Source of the DNA: Pristiophorus japonicus
Taxonomy: Eukaryota
Assembly: GCF_044704955.1 (NCBI RefSeq)
Contig: NW_027253893.1
Span: 1-64,000, forward strand
Direction: 5' to 3'
Length of the DNA stretch: 64,000 nucleotides
A model generated the notes under the pieces. That model was not told where the DNA came from and ran no database searches. It saw only the letters and a program-made list of their open reading frames with translations. Positions 27,301 to 42,373 of the stretch are shown one piece after another. The position numbers were made by a program, and so were the translations under genes. The first letter of the stretch is position 1; every line of letters begins with the position of its first letter.

Positions 27301-30300
27301 TCAGTGATTATCAAACCCAGGTTTAATATACACTGTATATAGTCAGTGATTCTCAAACCCAGGTTTAATATACACTGTATATAGTCAGTGATTCTCAAAC
27401 CCAGGTTTAATATACACCGTATATAGTCAGTGATAATCAAACCCAGGTTTAATATACACTGTATATAGTCAGTGATTATCAAACCCAGGTTTAATATACA
27501 CCGTATATAGTCAGTGATTATCAAACCCAGGTGTAATATACACCGTATATAGTCAGTGATTATCAAACCCAGGTTTAATATACACCATATATAGTCAGTG
27601 ATTATCAAACCCAGGTTTAATATACACTGTATATAGTCAGTGATTCTCAAACCCAGGTTTAATATACACTGTATATAGTCAGTGATTCTCAAACCCAGGT
27701 TTAATATACATCGTATATAGTCAGTGATTATCAAACTCAGGTTTAATATACACCATATATAGTCAGTCATTATCAAACCCAGGTGTAATATACACCGTAT
27801 ATAGTCAGTGATTATCAAACCCAGGTTTAATATACACTGTATATAGTCAGTGATTATCAAACCCAGGTGTAATATACACTGTATGTAGTCAGTGATTATC
27901 AAACCCAGGTGCAATATACACTGTATATAGTCAGTGATTATCAAACCCAGGTTTAATATACACTGTACATAGTCAGTGATTATCAAACCCAGGTTTAATA
28001 TACACCATATATAGTCAGTGATTCTCAAACCCAGGTTTAATATACACCGTGTATAATCAGTGATTATCAAACCCAGGTTTAATATACACCGTATATAGTC
28101 AGTGATTATCAAACCCAGGTTTAATATACACCGTGTATAATCAGTGATTATCAAACCCAGGTTTAATATACACCGTGTATAGTCAGTGATTATCAAACCC
28201 AGGTTAATATACACCATATATAATCAGTGATTATCAAACCCAGGTGTAATATACACTGTATATAGTCAGTGATTATCAAACCCTGGTGTAATATACACCG
28301 TATGTAGTCAGTGATTATCAAACCCAGGTTTAATATACACCGTATATAGTCAGTGATAATCAAACCCAGGTTTAATATACACTGTATATAGTCAGTGATT
28401 ATCAAACCCAGGTTTAATATACACCGTATATAGTCAGTGATTATCAAACCCAGGTGTAATATACACCGTATATAGTCAGTGATTATCAAACCCAGGTTTA
28501 ATATACACCATATATAGTCAGTGATTATCAAACCCAGGTGTAATATACACCGTATATAGTCAGTATGATTATCAAACCCAGGTTTAATATACACTGTATA
28601 TAGTCAGTGATTATCAAACCCAGGTTTAATATTCACCGTATATAGTCAGTGATTATCAAACCCAGGTGTAATATACACCGTATGTAGTCAGTGATTATCA
28701 AACCCAGGTTTAATATACACCGTATATAGTCAGTGATAATCAAACCCAGGTTTAATATACACTGTATATAGTCAGTGATTATCAAACCCAGGTTTAATAT
28801 ACACCGTATATAGTCAGTGATTATCAAACCCAGGTGTAATATACACCGTATATAGTCAGTGATTATCAAACCCAGGTTTAATATACACCATATATAGTCA
28901 GTGATTATCAAACCCAGGTGTAATATACACCGTATATAGTCAGTGATTATCAAACCCAGGTTTAATATACACCGTGTATAGTCAGTGATTATCAAACCCA
29001 GGTTTAATATATACCGTATATAGTCAGTGATTATCAAACCCAGGTTTAATATACACCGTATATAGTCAGTGATTATCAAACCCAGGTTTAATATACACCG
29101 TATATAGTCAGTGATTATCAAACCCAGGTTTAATATACACCATGTATAGTCAGTGATTATCAAACCCAGGTTTAATATACACCGTGTATAGTCAGTGATT
29201 ATCAAACCCAGGTTTAATATACACTGTATATAGTCAGCGATTATCAAACCCAGGTTTAATATACACTGTATATAGTCAGTGATTATCAAACCCAGGTTTA
29301 ATATACACCGTATATAGTCAGTGATTGTCAAACCCAGGTTTAATATACACCGTATATAGTCAATGATTATCAAACCCAGGTTTAATATACACTGTATATA
29401 GTCAGTGATTCTCAAACCCAGGTTTAATATACACTGTATATAGTCAGTGATTCTCAAACCCAGGTTTAATATACATCGTATATAGTCAGTGATTATCAAA
29501 CTCAGGTTTAATATACACCATATATAGTCAGTCATTATCAAACCCAGGTGTAATATACACCGTATATAGTCAGTGATTATCAAACCCAGGTTTAATATAC
29601 ACTGTATATAGTCAGTGATTATCAAACCCAGGTGTAAGATACACTGTATGTAGTCAGTGATTATCAAACCCAGGTGCAATATACACTGTATATAGTCAGT
29701 GATTATCAAACCCAGGTTTAATATACACTGTACATAGTCAGTGATTATCAAACCCAGGTTTAATATACACCATATATAGTCAGTGATTCTCAAACCCAGG
29801 TTTAATATACACCGTGTATAATCAGTGATTATCAAACCCAGGTTTAATATACACCGTATATAGTCAGTGATTATCAAACCCAGGTTTAATATACACTGTA
29901 TATAGTCAGTGATTATCAAACCCAGGTTTAATATACACCGTATATAGTCAGTGATTATCAAACCCAGTTGTAATATACACCGTATATAGTCAGTGATTAT
30001 CAAACCCAGGTTTAATATACACCGTACATAGTCAGTGATTATCAAACCCAGGTTTAATATACACTGTATATAGTCAGTGATTATCAAACCCAGGTTTAAT
30101 ATACACCGTATATAGTCAGTGATTATCAAACCCAGGTGCAATATACACCGTATATAGTCAGTGATTATCAAACCCAGGTTTAATATACACTGTATATAGT
30201 CAGTGATTCTCAAACCCAGGTTTAATATACACCGTATATAGTCAGTGATTATCAAACCCAGGTTTAATATACACTGTATATAGTCAGCGATTATCAAACC

Positions 30301-33300
30301 CAGGTTTAATATACACTGTATATAGTCAGTGATTATCAAACCCAGGTTTAATATACACCGTATATAGTCAGTGATTGTCAAACCCAGGTTTAATATACAC
30401 CGTATATAGTCAATGATTATCAAACCCAGGTTTAATATACACTGTATATAGTCAGTGATTCTCAAACCCAGGTTTAATATACACTGTATATAGTCAGTGA
30501 TTCTCAAACCCAGGTTTAATATACATCGTATATAGTCAGTGATTATCAAACTCAGGTTTAATATACACCATATATAGTCAGTCATTATCAAACCCAGGTG
30601 TAATATACACCGTATATAGTCAGTGATTATCAAACCCAGGTTTAATATACACTGTATATAGTCAGTGATTATCAAACCCAGGTGTAATATACACTGTATG
30701 TAGTCAGTGATTATCAAACCCAGGTGCAATATACACTGTATATAGTCAGTGATTATCAAACCCAGGTTTAATATACACTGTACATAGTCAGTGATTATCA
30801 AACCCAGGTTTAATATACACCATATATAGTCAGTGATTCTCAAACCCAGGTTCAATATACACCGTGTATAATCAGTGATTATCAAACCCAGGTTTAATAT
30901 ACACCGTATATAGTCAGTGATTATCAAACCCAGGTTTAATATACACGTGTATAATCAGTGATTATCAAACCCAGGTTTAATATACACCGTGTATAGTCAG
31001 TGATTATCAAACCCAGGTTAATATACACCGTATATAATCAGTGATTATCAAACCCAGGTGTAATATACACTGTATATAGTCAGTGATTATCAAACCCTGG
31101 TGTAATATACACCGTATATAATCAGTGATTCTCAAACCCTGGCTTAATATACACCATATAAAAGTCAGTGATTATCAAACCCAGGTTTACTATACACCGT
31201 ATATAGTCAGTGATTATCAAACCCAGGTTTAATATACACCGTATATAGTCAGTGATTATCAAACCCAGGTTTAATATACACTGTATATAGTCAGTGATTA
31301 TCAAACCCAGGTTTAATATACACAGTGTATAGTCAGTGATTATCAAACCCAGGTTTAATATACACCGTATGTAGTCAGTGATTATCAAACCCAGGTTTAA
31401 TATACACCGTGTATAGTCAGTGATTATCAAACCCAGGTTTAATATACACCATGTATAGTCAGTGATTATCAAACCCAGGTTTAATATACACCGTGTATAC
31501 AGTGATTATCAAACCCAGGTTTAATATACACCGTGTATTATCAGTGATTATCAAACCGAGGTTTAATATACACTGTATATAGTCAGTGATTATCAAACCC
31601 AGGTTTAATACACACCGTATATAGTCAGTGATTCTCACACCCAGGTTTAATTTCCACCGTATGTAGTCAGCGATTATCAAACCCAGGTTTTTTATACACC
31701 GTATATAGTCAGTGATTATCAAACCCAGGTTTAATATACACCGTATATAGTCAGTGATTATCAAACCCAGGTTTAATATACACCGTATATAGTCAGTGAT
31801 TATCAAACCCAGGTTTAATATACACTGTATATAGTCAGTGATGATCAAACCCAGGTTTAATATACACCGTATATAGTCAGTGATTATCAAACCCAGGTGT
31901 AATATACACCGTATGTAGTCAGTGATTATCAAACCCAGGTTTAATATACACCGTATATAGTCAGTGATAATCAAACCCAGGTTTAATATACACTGTATAT
32001 AGTCAGTGATTATCAAACCCAGGTTTAATATACACTGTATATAGTCAGTGATTCTCAAACCCAGGTTTAATATACATCGTATATAGTCAGTGATTATCAA
32101 ACTCAGGTTTAATATACACCATATATAGTCAGTCATTATCAAACCCAGGTGTAATATACACCGTATATAGTCAGTGATTATCAAACCCAGGTTTAATATA
32201 CACTGTATATAGTCAGTGATTATCAAACCCAGGTGTAATATACACTGTATGTAGTCAGTGATTATCAAACCCAGGTGCAATATACACTGTATATAGTCAG
32301 TGATTATCAAACCCAGGTTTAATATACACTGTACATAGTCAGTGATTATCAAACCCAGGTTTAATATACACCATATATAGTCAGTGATTCTCAAACCCAG
32401 GTTCAATATACACCGTGTATAATCAGTGATTATCAAACCCAGGTTTAATATACACCGTATATAGTCAGTGATTATCAAACCCAGGTTTAATATACACGTG
32501 TATAATCAGTGATTATCAAACCCAGGTTTAATATACACCGTGTATAGTCAGTGATTATCAAACCCAGGTTAATATACACCGTATATAATCAGTGATTATC
32601 AAACCCAGGTGTAATATACACTGTATATAGTCAGTGATTATCAAACCCTGGTGTAATATACACCGTATATAATCAGTGATTCTCAAACCCTGGCTTAATA
32701 TACACCATATAAAAGTCAGTGATTATCAAACCCAGGTTTACTATACACCGTATATAGTCAGTGATTATCAAACCCAGGTTTAATATACACCGTATATAGT
32801 CAGTGATTATCAAACCCAGGTTTAATATACACTGTATATAGTCAGTGATTATCAAACCCAGGTTTAATATACACAGTGTATAGTCAGTGATTATCAAACC
32901 CAGGTTTAATATACACCGTATGTAGTCAGTGATTATCAAACCCAGGTTTAATATACACCGTGTATAGTCAGTGATTATCAAACCCAGGTTTAATATACAC
33001 CATGTATAGTCAGTGATTATCAAACCCAGGTTTAATATACACCGTGTATACAGTGATTATCAAACCCAGGTTTAATATACACCGTGTATTATCAGTGATT
33101 ATCAAACCGAGGTTTAATATACACTGTATATAGTCAGTGATTATCAAACCCAGGTTTAATACACACCGTATATAGTCAGTGATTCTCACACCCAGGTTTA
33201 ATATACACCGTATGTAGTCAGCGATTATCAAACCCAGGTTTTTTATACACCGTATATAGTCAGTGATTATCAAACCCAGGTTTAATATACACCGTATATA

Positions 33301-36300
33301 GTCAGTGATTATCAAACCCAGGTTTAATATACACCGTATATAGTCAGTGATTATCAAACCCAGGTTTAATATACACCGTATGTAGTCAGTGATTATCAAA
33401 CCCAGGTTTAATATACACCGTATATAGTCAGTGATAATCAAACCCAGGTTTAATATACACTGTATATAGTCAGTGATTATCAAACCCAGGTGTAATATAC
33501 ACCGTATATAGTCAGTGATTATCAAACCCAGGTTTAATATACACCATATATAGTCAGTGATTATCAAACCCAGGTTTAATATACACTGTATATAGTCAGT
33601 GATTCTCAAACCCAGGTTTAATATACACTGTATATAGTCAGTGATTCTCAAACCCAGGTTTAATATACACCGTATATAGTCAGTGATAATCAAACCCAGG
33701 TTTAATATACACTGTATATAGTCAGTGATTATCAAACCCAGGTTTAATATACACCGTATATAGTCAGTGATTATCAAACCCAGGTGTAATATACACCGTA
33801 TATAGTCAGTGATTCTCAAACCCAGGTTTAATATACATCGTATATAGTCAGTGATTATCAAACTCAGGTTTAATATACACCATATATAGTCAGTCATTAT
33901 CAAACCCAGGTGTAATATACACCGTATATAGTCAGTGATTATCAAACCCAGGTTTAATATACACTGTATATAGTCAGTGATTATCAAACCCAGGTGTAAT
34001 ATACACTGTATGTAGTCAGTGATTATCAAACCCAGGTGCAATATACACTGTATATAGTCAGTGATTATCAAACCCAGGTTTAATATACACTGTACATAGT
34101 CAGTGATTATCAAACCCAGGTTTAATATACACCATATATAGTCAGTGATTCTCAAACCCAGGTTTAATATACACCATGTATAATCAGTGATTATCAAACC
34201 CAGGTTTAATATACACCGTATATAGTCAGTGATTATCAAACCCAGGTTTAATATACACCGTGTATAATCAGTGATTATCAAACCCAGGTTTAATATACAC
34301 CGTGTATAGTCAGTGATTATCAAACCCAGGTTAATATACACCGTATATAATCAGTGATTATCAAACCCAGGTGTAATATACACTGTATATAGTCAGTGAT
34401 TATCAAACCCTGGTGTAATATACACCGTATGTAGTCAGTGATTATCAAACCCAGGTTTAATATACACTGTATATAGTCAGTGATAATCAAACCCAGGTTT
34501 AATATACACTGTATATAGTCAGTGATTATCAAACCCAGGTTTAATATACACCGTATATAGTCAGTGATTATCAAACCCAGGTGTAATATACACCGTATAT
34601 AGTCAGTGATTATCAAACCCAGGTTTAATATACACCATATATAGTCAGTGATTATCAAACCCAGGTGTAATATACACCGTATATAGTCAGTATGATTATC
34701 AAACCCAGGTTTAATATACACTGTATATAGTCAGTGATTATCAAACCCAGGTTTAATATTCACCGTATATAGTCAGTGATTATCAAACCCAGGTGTAATA
34801 TACACCGTATGTAGTCAGTGATTATCAAACCCAGGTTTAATATACACCGTATATAGTCAGTGATAATCAAACCCAGGTTTAATATACACTGTATATAGTC
34901 AGTGATTATCAAACCCAGGTTTAATATACACCGTATATAGTCAGTGATTATCAAACCCAGGTGTAATATACACCGTATATAGTCAGTGATTATCAAACCC
35001 AGGTTTAATATACACCATATATAGTCAGTGATTATCAAACCCAGGTGTAATATACACCGTATATAGTCAGTGATTATCAAACCCAGGTTTAATATACACC
35101 GTGTATAGTCAGTGATTATCAAACCCAGGTTTAATATATACCGTATATAGTCAGTGATTATCAAACCCAGGTTTAATATACACCGTATATAGTCAGTGAT
35201 TATCAAACCCAGGTTTAATATACACCGTATATAGTCAGTGATTATCAAACCCAGGTTTAATATACACCATGTATAGTCAGTGATTATCAAACCCAGGTTT
35301 AATATACACCGTGTATAGTCAGTGATTATCAAACCCAGGTTTAATATACACCGTATATAGTCAGTGATTATCAAACCCAGGTTTAATATACACTGTATAT
35401 AGTCAGTGATTCTCAAACCCAGGTTTAATATACACCGTATATAGTCAGTGATTATCAAACCCAGGTTTAATATACACTGTATATAGTCAGCGATTATCAA
35501 ACCCAGGTTTAATATACACTGTATATAGTCAGTGATTATCAAACCCAGGTTTAATATACACCGTATATAGTCAGTGATTGTCAAACCCAGGTTTAATATA
35601 CACCGTATATAGTCAATGATTATCAAACCCAGGTTTAATATACACTGTATATAGTCAGTGATTCTCAAACCCAGGTTTAATATACACTGTATATAGTCAG
35701 TGATTCTCAAACCCAGGTTTAATATACATCGTATATAGTCAGTGATTATCAAACTCAGGTTTAATATACACCATATATAGTCAGTCATTATCAAACCCAG
35801 GTGTAATATACACCGTATATAGTCAGTGATTATCAAACCCAGGTTTAATATACACTGTATATAGTCAGTGATTATCAAACCCAGGTGTAAGATACACTGT
35901 ATGTAGTCAGTGATTATCAAACCCAGGTGCAATATACACTGTATATAGTCAGTGATTATCAAACCCAGGTTTAATATACACTGTACATAGTCAGTGATTA
36001 TCAAACCCAGGTTTAATATACACCGTATATAATCAGTGATTCTCAAACCCTGGCTTAATATACACCATATAAAAGTCAGTGATTATCAAACCCAGGTTTA
36101 ATATACACCATATATAGTCAGTGATTCTCAAACCCAGGTTTAATATACACCGTGTATAATCAGTGATTATCAAACCCAGGTTTAATATACACCGTATATA
36201 GTCAGTGATTATCAAACCCAGGTTTAATATACACCGTGTATAATCAGTGATTATCAAACCCAGGTTTAATATACACCGTGTATAGTCAGTGATTATCAAA

Positions 36301-39300
36301 CCCAGGTTAATATACACCGTATATAATCAGTGATTATCAAACCCAGGTGTAATATACACTGTATATAGTCAGTGATTATCAAACCCTGGTGTAATATACA
36401 CCGTATGTAGTCAGTTATTATCAAACCCAGGTTTAATATACACCGTATATAGTCAGTGATAATCAAACCCAGGTTTAATATACACTGTATATAGTCAGTG
36501 ATTATCAAACCCAGGTTTAATATACACCGTATATAGTCAGTGATTATCAAACCCAGGTGTAATATACACCGTATATAGTCAGTGATTATCAAACCCAGGT
36601 TTAATATACACCATATATAGTCAGTGATTATCAAACCCAGGTGTAATATACACCGTATATAGTCAGTATGATTATCAAACCCAGGTTTAATATACACTGT
36701 ATATAGTCAGTGATTATCAAACCCAGGTTTAATATTCACCGTATATAGTCAGTGATTATCAAACCCAGGTGTAATATACACCGTATGTAGTCAGTGATTA
36801 TCAAACCCAGGTTTAATATACACCGTATATAGTCAGTGATAATCAAACCCAGGTTTAATATACACTGTATATAGTCAGTGATTATCAAACCCAGGTTTAA
36901 TATACACCGTATATAGTCAGTGATTATCAAACCCAGGTGTAATGTACACCGTATATAGTCAGTGATTATCAAACCCAGGTTTAATATACACCATATATAG
37001 TCAGTGATTATCAAACCCAGGTGTAATATACACCGTATATAGTCAGTGATTATCAAACCCAGGTTTAATATACACCGTGTATAGTCAGTGATTATCAAAC
37101 CCAGGTTTAATATATACCGTATATAGTCAGTGATTATCAAACCCAGGTTTAATATACACCGTATATAGTCAGTGATTATCAAACCCAGGTTTAATATACA
37201 CCGTATATAGTCAGTGATTATCAAACCCAGGTTTAATATACACCATGTATAGTCAGTGATTATCAAACCCAGGTTTAATATACACCGTGTATAGTCAGTG
37301 ATTATCAAACCCAGGTTTAATATACACCGTATATCGTCAGTGATTATCAAACCCAGGTTTAATATACACTGTATATAGTCAGTGATTCTCAAACCCAGGT
37401 TTAATATACACCGTATATAGTCAGTGATTATCAAACCCAGGTTTAATATACACTGTATATAGTCAGCGATTATCAAACCCAGGTTTAATATACACTGTAT
37501 ATAGTCAGTGATTATCAAACCCAGGTTTAATATACACCGTATATAGTCAGTGATTGTCAAACCCAGGTTTAATATACACCGTATATAGTCAATGATTATC
37601 AAACCCAGGTTTAATATACACTGTATATAGTCAGTGATTCTCAAACCCAGGTTTAATATACACTGTATATAGTCAGTGATTCTCAAACCCAGGTTTAATA
37701 TACATCGTATATAGTCAGTGATTATCAAACTCAGGTTTAATATACACCATATATAGTCAGTCATTATCAAACCCAGGTGTAATATACACCGTATATAGTC
37801 AGTGATTATCAAACCCAGGTTTAATATACACTGTATATAGTCAGTGATTATCAAACCCAGGTGTAAGATACACTGTATGTAGTCAGTGATTATCAAACCC
37901 AGGTGCAATATACACTGTATATAGTCAGTGATTATCAAACCCAGGTTTAATATACACTGTACATAGTCAGTGATTATCAAACCCAGGTTTAATATACACC
38001 ATATATAGTCAGTGATTCTCAAACCCAGGTTTAATATACACCGTGTATAATCAGTGATTATCAAACCCAGGTTTAATATACACTGTATATAGTCAGTGAT
38101 TATCAAACCCAGGTTTAATATACACCGTGTATAATCAGTGATTATCAAACCCAGGTTTAATATACACCGTGTATAGTCAGTGATTATCAAACCCAGGTTA
38201 ATATACACCGTATATAATCAGTGATTATCAAACCCAGGTGTAATATACACTGTATATAGTCAGTGATTATCAAACCCTGGTGTAATATACACCGTATATA
38301 ATCAGTGATTCTCAAACCCTGGCTTAATATACACCATATAAAAGTCAGTGATTATCAAACCCAGGTTTAATATACACCGTATATAGTCAGTGATTATCAA
38401 ACCCAGGTTTAATATACACCGGATATAGTCAGTGATTATCAAACCCAGGTTTAATATACACTGTATATAGTCAGTGATTCTCAAACCCAGGTTTAATATA
38501 CGCCATATATAGTGAGTGATTATCAAACCCAGGTTTAATATACACCGTATATAGTCAGTGCTTATCAAACCCAGGTTTAACATACACCGTGTATAGTCAG
38601 TGATTATCAAACCCAGGTTTAATACACACCGTATATAGTCAGTGATTCTCACACCCAGGTTTAATATACACCGTATATAGACAGTGATTATCAAACCCAG
38701 GTTTAATATACACTGTATATAGTCAGTGATGATCAAACCCAGGTTTAATATACACCGTATATAGTCAGTGATTATCAAACCCAGGTGTAATATACACCGT
38801 ATGTAGTCAGTGATTATCAAACCCAGGTTTAATATACACCGTATATAGTCAGTGATAATCAAACCCAGGTTTAATATACACTGTATATAGTCAGTGATTA
38901 TCAAACCCAGGTTTAATATACACCGTATATAGTCAGTGATTATCAAATCCAGGTGTAATATACACCGTATATAGTCAGTGATTATCAAACCCAGGTTTAA
39001 TATACACCATATATAGTCAGTGATTATCAAACCCAGGTGTAATATACACCGTATATAGTCAGTATGATTATCAAACCCAGTTTTAATATACACTGTATAT
39101 AGTCAGTGATTATCAAACCCAGGTTTAATATACACCGTATATAGTCAGTGATTATCAAACCCAGGTGTAATATACACCGTATGTAGTCAGTGATTATCAA
39201 ACCCAGGTTTAATATACACCGTATATAGTCAGTGATAATCAAACCCAGGTTTAATATACACTGTATATAGTCAGTGATTATCAAACCCAGGTTTAATATA

Positions 39301-42300
39301 CACCGTATATAGTCAGTGATTATTAAACCCAGGTGTAATATACACCGTATATAGTCAGTGATTATCAAACCCAGGTTTAATATACACCGTATATAGTCAG
39401 TGATTATCAAACCCAGGTTTAATATACACTGTATATAGTCAGTGATTATCAAACCCAGGTTTAATATACACCGTATATAGTCAGTGATTATCAAACCCAG
39501 GTGCAATATACACCGTATATAGTCAGTGATTATCAAACCCAGGTTTAATATACACTGTATATAGTCAGTGATTCTCAAACCCAGGTTTAATATACACCGT
39601 ATATAGTCAGCGATTATCAAACCCAGGTTTAATATACACTGTATATAGTCAGTGATTATCAAACCCAGGTTTAATATACACCGTATATAGTCAGTGATTG
39701 TCAAACCCAGGTTTAATATACACCGTATATAGTCAATGATTATCAAACCCAGGTTTAATATACACTGTATATAGTCAGTGATTCTCAAACCCAGGTTTAA
39801 TATACACTGTATATAGTCAGTGATTCTCAAACCCAGGTTTAATATACATCGTATATAGTCAGTGATTATCAAACTCAGGTTTAATATACACCATATATAG
39901 TCAGTCATTATCAAACCCAGGTGTAATATACACCGTATATAGTCAGTGATTATCAAACCCAGGTTTAATATACACTGTATATAGTCAGTGATTATCAAAC
40001 CCAGGTGTAATATACACTGTATGTAGTCAGTGATTATCAAACCCAGGTGCAATATACACTGTATATAGTCAGTGATTATCAAACCCAGGTTTAATATACA
40101 CTGTACATAGTCAGTGATTATCAAACCCAGGTTTAATATACACCATATATAGTCAGTGATTCTCAAACCCAGGTTTAATATACACCGTGTATAATCAGTG
40201 ATTATCAAACCCAGGTTTAATATACACCGTATATAGTCAGTGATTATCAAACCCAGGTTTAATATACACCGTGTATAATCAGTGATTATCAAACCCAGGT
40301 TTAATATACACCGTGTATAGTCAGTGATTATCAAACCCAGGTTAATATACACCGTATATAATCAGTGATTATCAAACCCAGGTGTAATATACACTGTATA
40401 TAGTCAGTGATTATCAAACCCTGGTGTAATATACACCGTATATAATCAGTGATTCTCAAACCCTGGCTTAATATACACCATATAAAAGTCAGTGATTATC
40501 AAACCCAGGTTTAATATACACCGTATATAGTCAGTGATTATCAAACCCAGGTTTAATATACACCGTATATAGTCAGTGATTATCAAACCCAGGTTTAATA
40601 TACGCCATATATAGTGAGTGATTATCAAACCCAGGTTTAATATACACAGTGTATAGTCAGTGATTATCAAACCCAGGTTTAATATACACCGTATGTAGTC
40701 AGTGATTATCAAACCCAGGTTTAATATACACCGTGTATAGTCAGTGATTATCAAACCCAGGTTTAATATACACCGTATATAGTCAGTGCTTATCAAACCC
40801 AGGTTTAACATACACCGTGTATAGTCAGTGATTATCAAACCCAGGTTTAATATACACCGTATATAGTCAGTGCTTATTAAACCCAGGTTTAATATACACC
40901 GTGTATAGTCAGTGATTATCAAACCCAGGTTTAATATACACCATGTATAGTCAGTGATTATCAAACCCAGGTTTAATATACACCGTGTATACAGTGATTA
41001 TCAAACCCAGGTTTAATATACACCGTGTATTATCAGTGATTATCAAACCCAGGTTTAATATACACTGTATATAGTCAGTGATTATCAAACCCAGGTTTAA
41101 TACACACCGTATATAGTCAGTGATTCTCACACCCAGGTTTAATATACACCGTATGTAGTCAGCGATTATCAAACCCAGGTTTTTTATACACCGTATATAG
41201 TCAGTGATTATCAAACCCAGGTTTAATATACACCGTATATAGTCAGTGATTATCAAACCCAGGTTTAATATACACCGTATATAGTCAGTGATTATCAAAC
41301 CCAGGTTTAATATACACTGTATATAGTCAGTGATGATCAAACCCAGGTTTAATATACACCGTATATAGTCAGTGATTATCAAACCCAGGTGTAATATACA
41401 CCGTATGTAGTCAGTGATTATCAAACCCAGGTTTAATATACACCGTATATAGTCAGTGATAATCAAACCCAGGTTTAATATACACTGTATATAGTCAGTG
41501 ATTATCAAACCCAGGTTTAATATACACCGTATATAGTCAGTGATTATCAAACCCAGGTGTAATATACACCGTATATAGTCAGTGATTATCAAACCCAGGT
41601 TTAATATACACCATATATAGTCAGTGATTATCAAACCCAGGTGTAATATACACCGTATATAGTCAGTATGATTATCAAACCCAGGTTTAATATACACTGT
41701 ATATAGTCAGTGATTATCAAACCCAGGTTTAATATACACCGTATATAGTCAGTGATTATCAAACCCAGGTGTAATATACACCGTATATAGTCAGTGATTA
41801 TCAAACCCAGGTTTAATATACACCGTATATAGTCAGTGATAATCAAACCCAGGTTTAATATACACTGTATATAGTCAGTGATTATCAAACCCAGGTTTAA
41901 TATACACCGTATATAGTCAGTGATTATCAAACCCAGGTGTAATATACACCGTATATAGTCAGTGATTATCAAACCCAGGTTTAATATACACCATATATAG
42001 TCAGTGATTATCAAACCCAGGTGTAATATACACCGTATATAGTCAGTGATTATCAAACCCAGGTTTAATATACACCGTGTATAGTCAGTGATTATCAAAC
42101 CCAGGTTTAATATACACTGTATATAGTCAGTGATTATCAAACCCAGGTTTAATATACACCGTATATAGTCAGTGATTATCAAACCCAGGTTTAATATACA
42201 CCGTATATAGTCAGTGATTATCAAACCCAGGTTTAATATACACCATGTATAGTCAGTGATTATCAAACCCAGGTTTAATATACACCGTGTATAGTCAGTG

Positions 42301-42373
42301 ATTATCAAACCCAGGTTTAATATACACCGTATATAGTCAGTGATTATCAAACCAAGGTTGAGTCTGCACGGTG
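9361..42373. repeat. 42-bp AT-rich satellite, ~785 copies (~33 kb), consensus caccgtatatagtcagtgattatcaaacccaggtttaatata, with higher-order repeats
   Basis: Uninterrupted tandem array; the ORF track shows 14-aa periodicity. Confidence 0.98.

Noticed and set aside
9361-42373. CRISPR-like array of palindromic repeats
   Set aside because: No unique spacers, no cas genes, vertebrate context.
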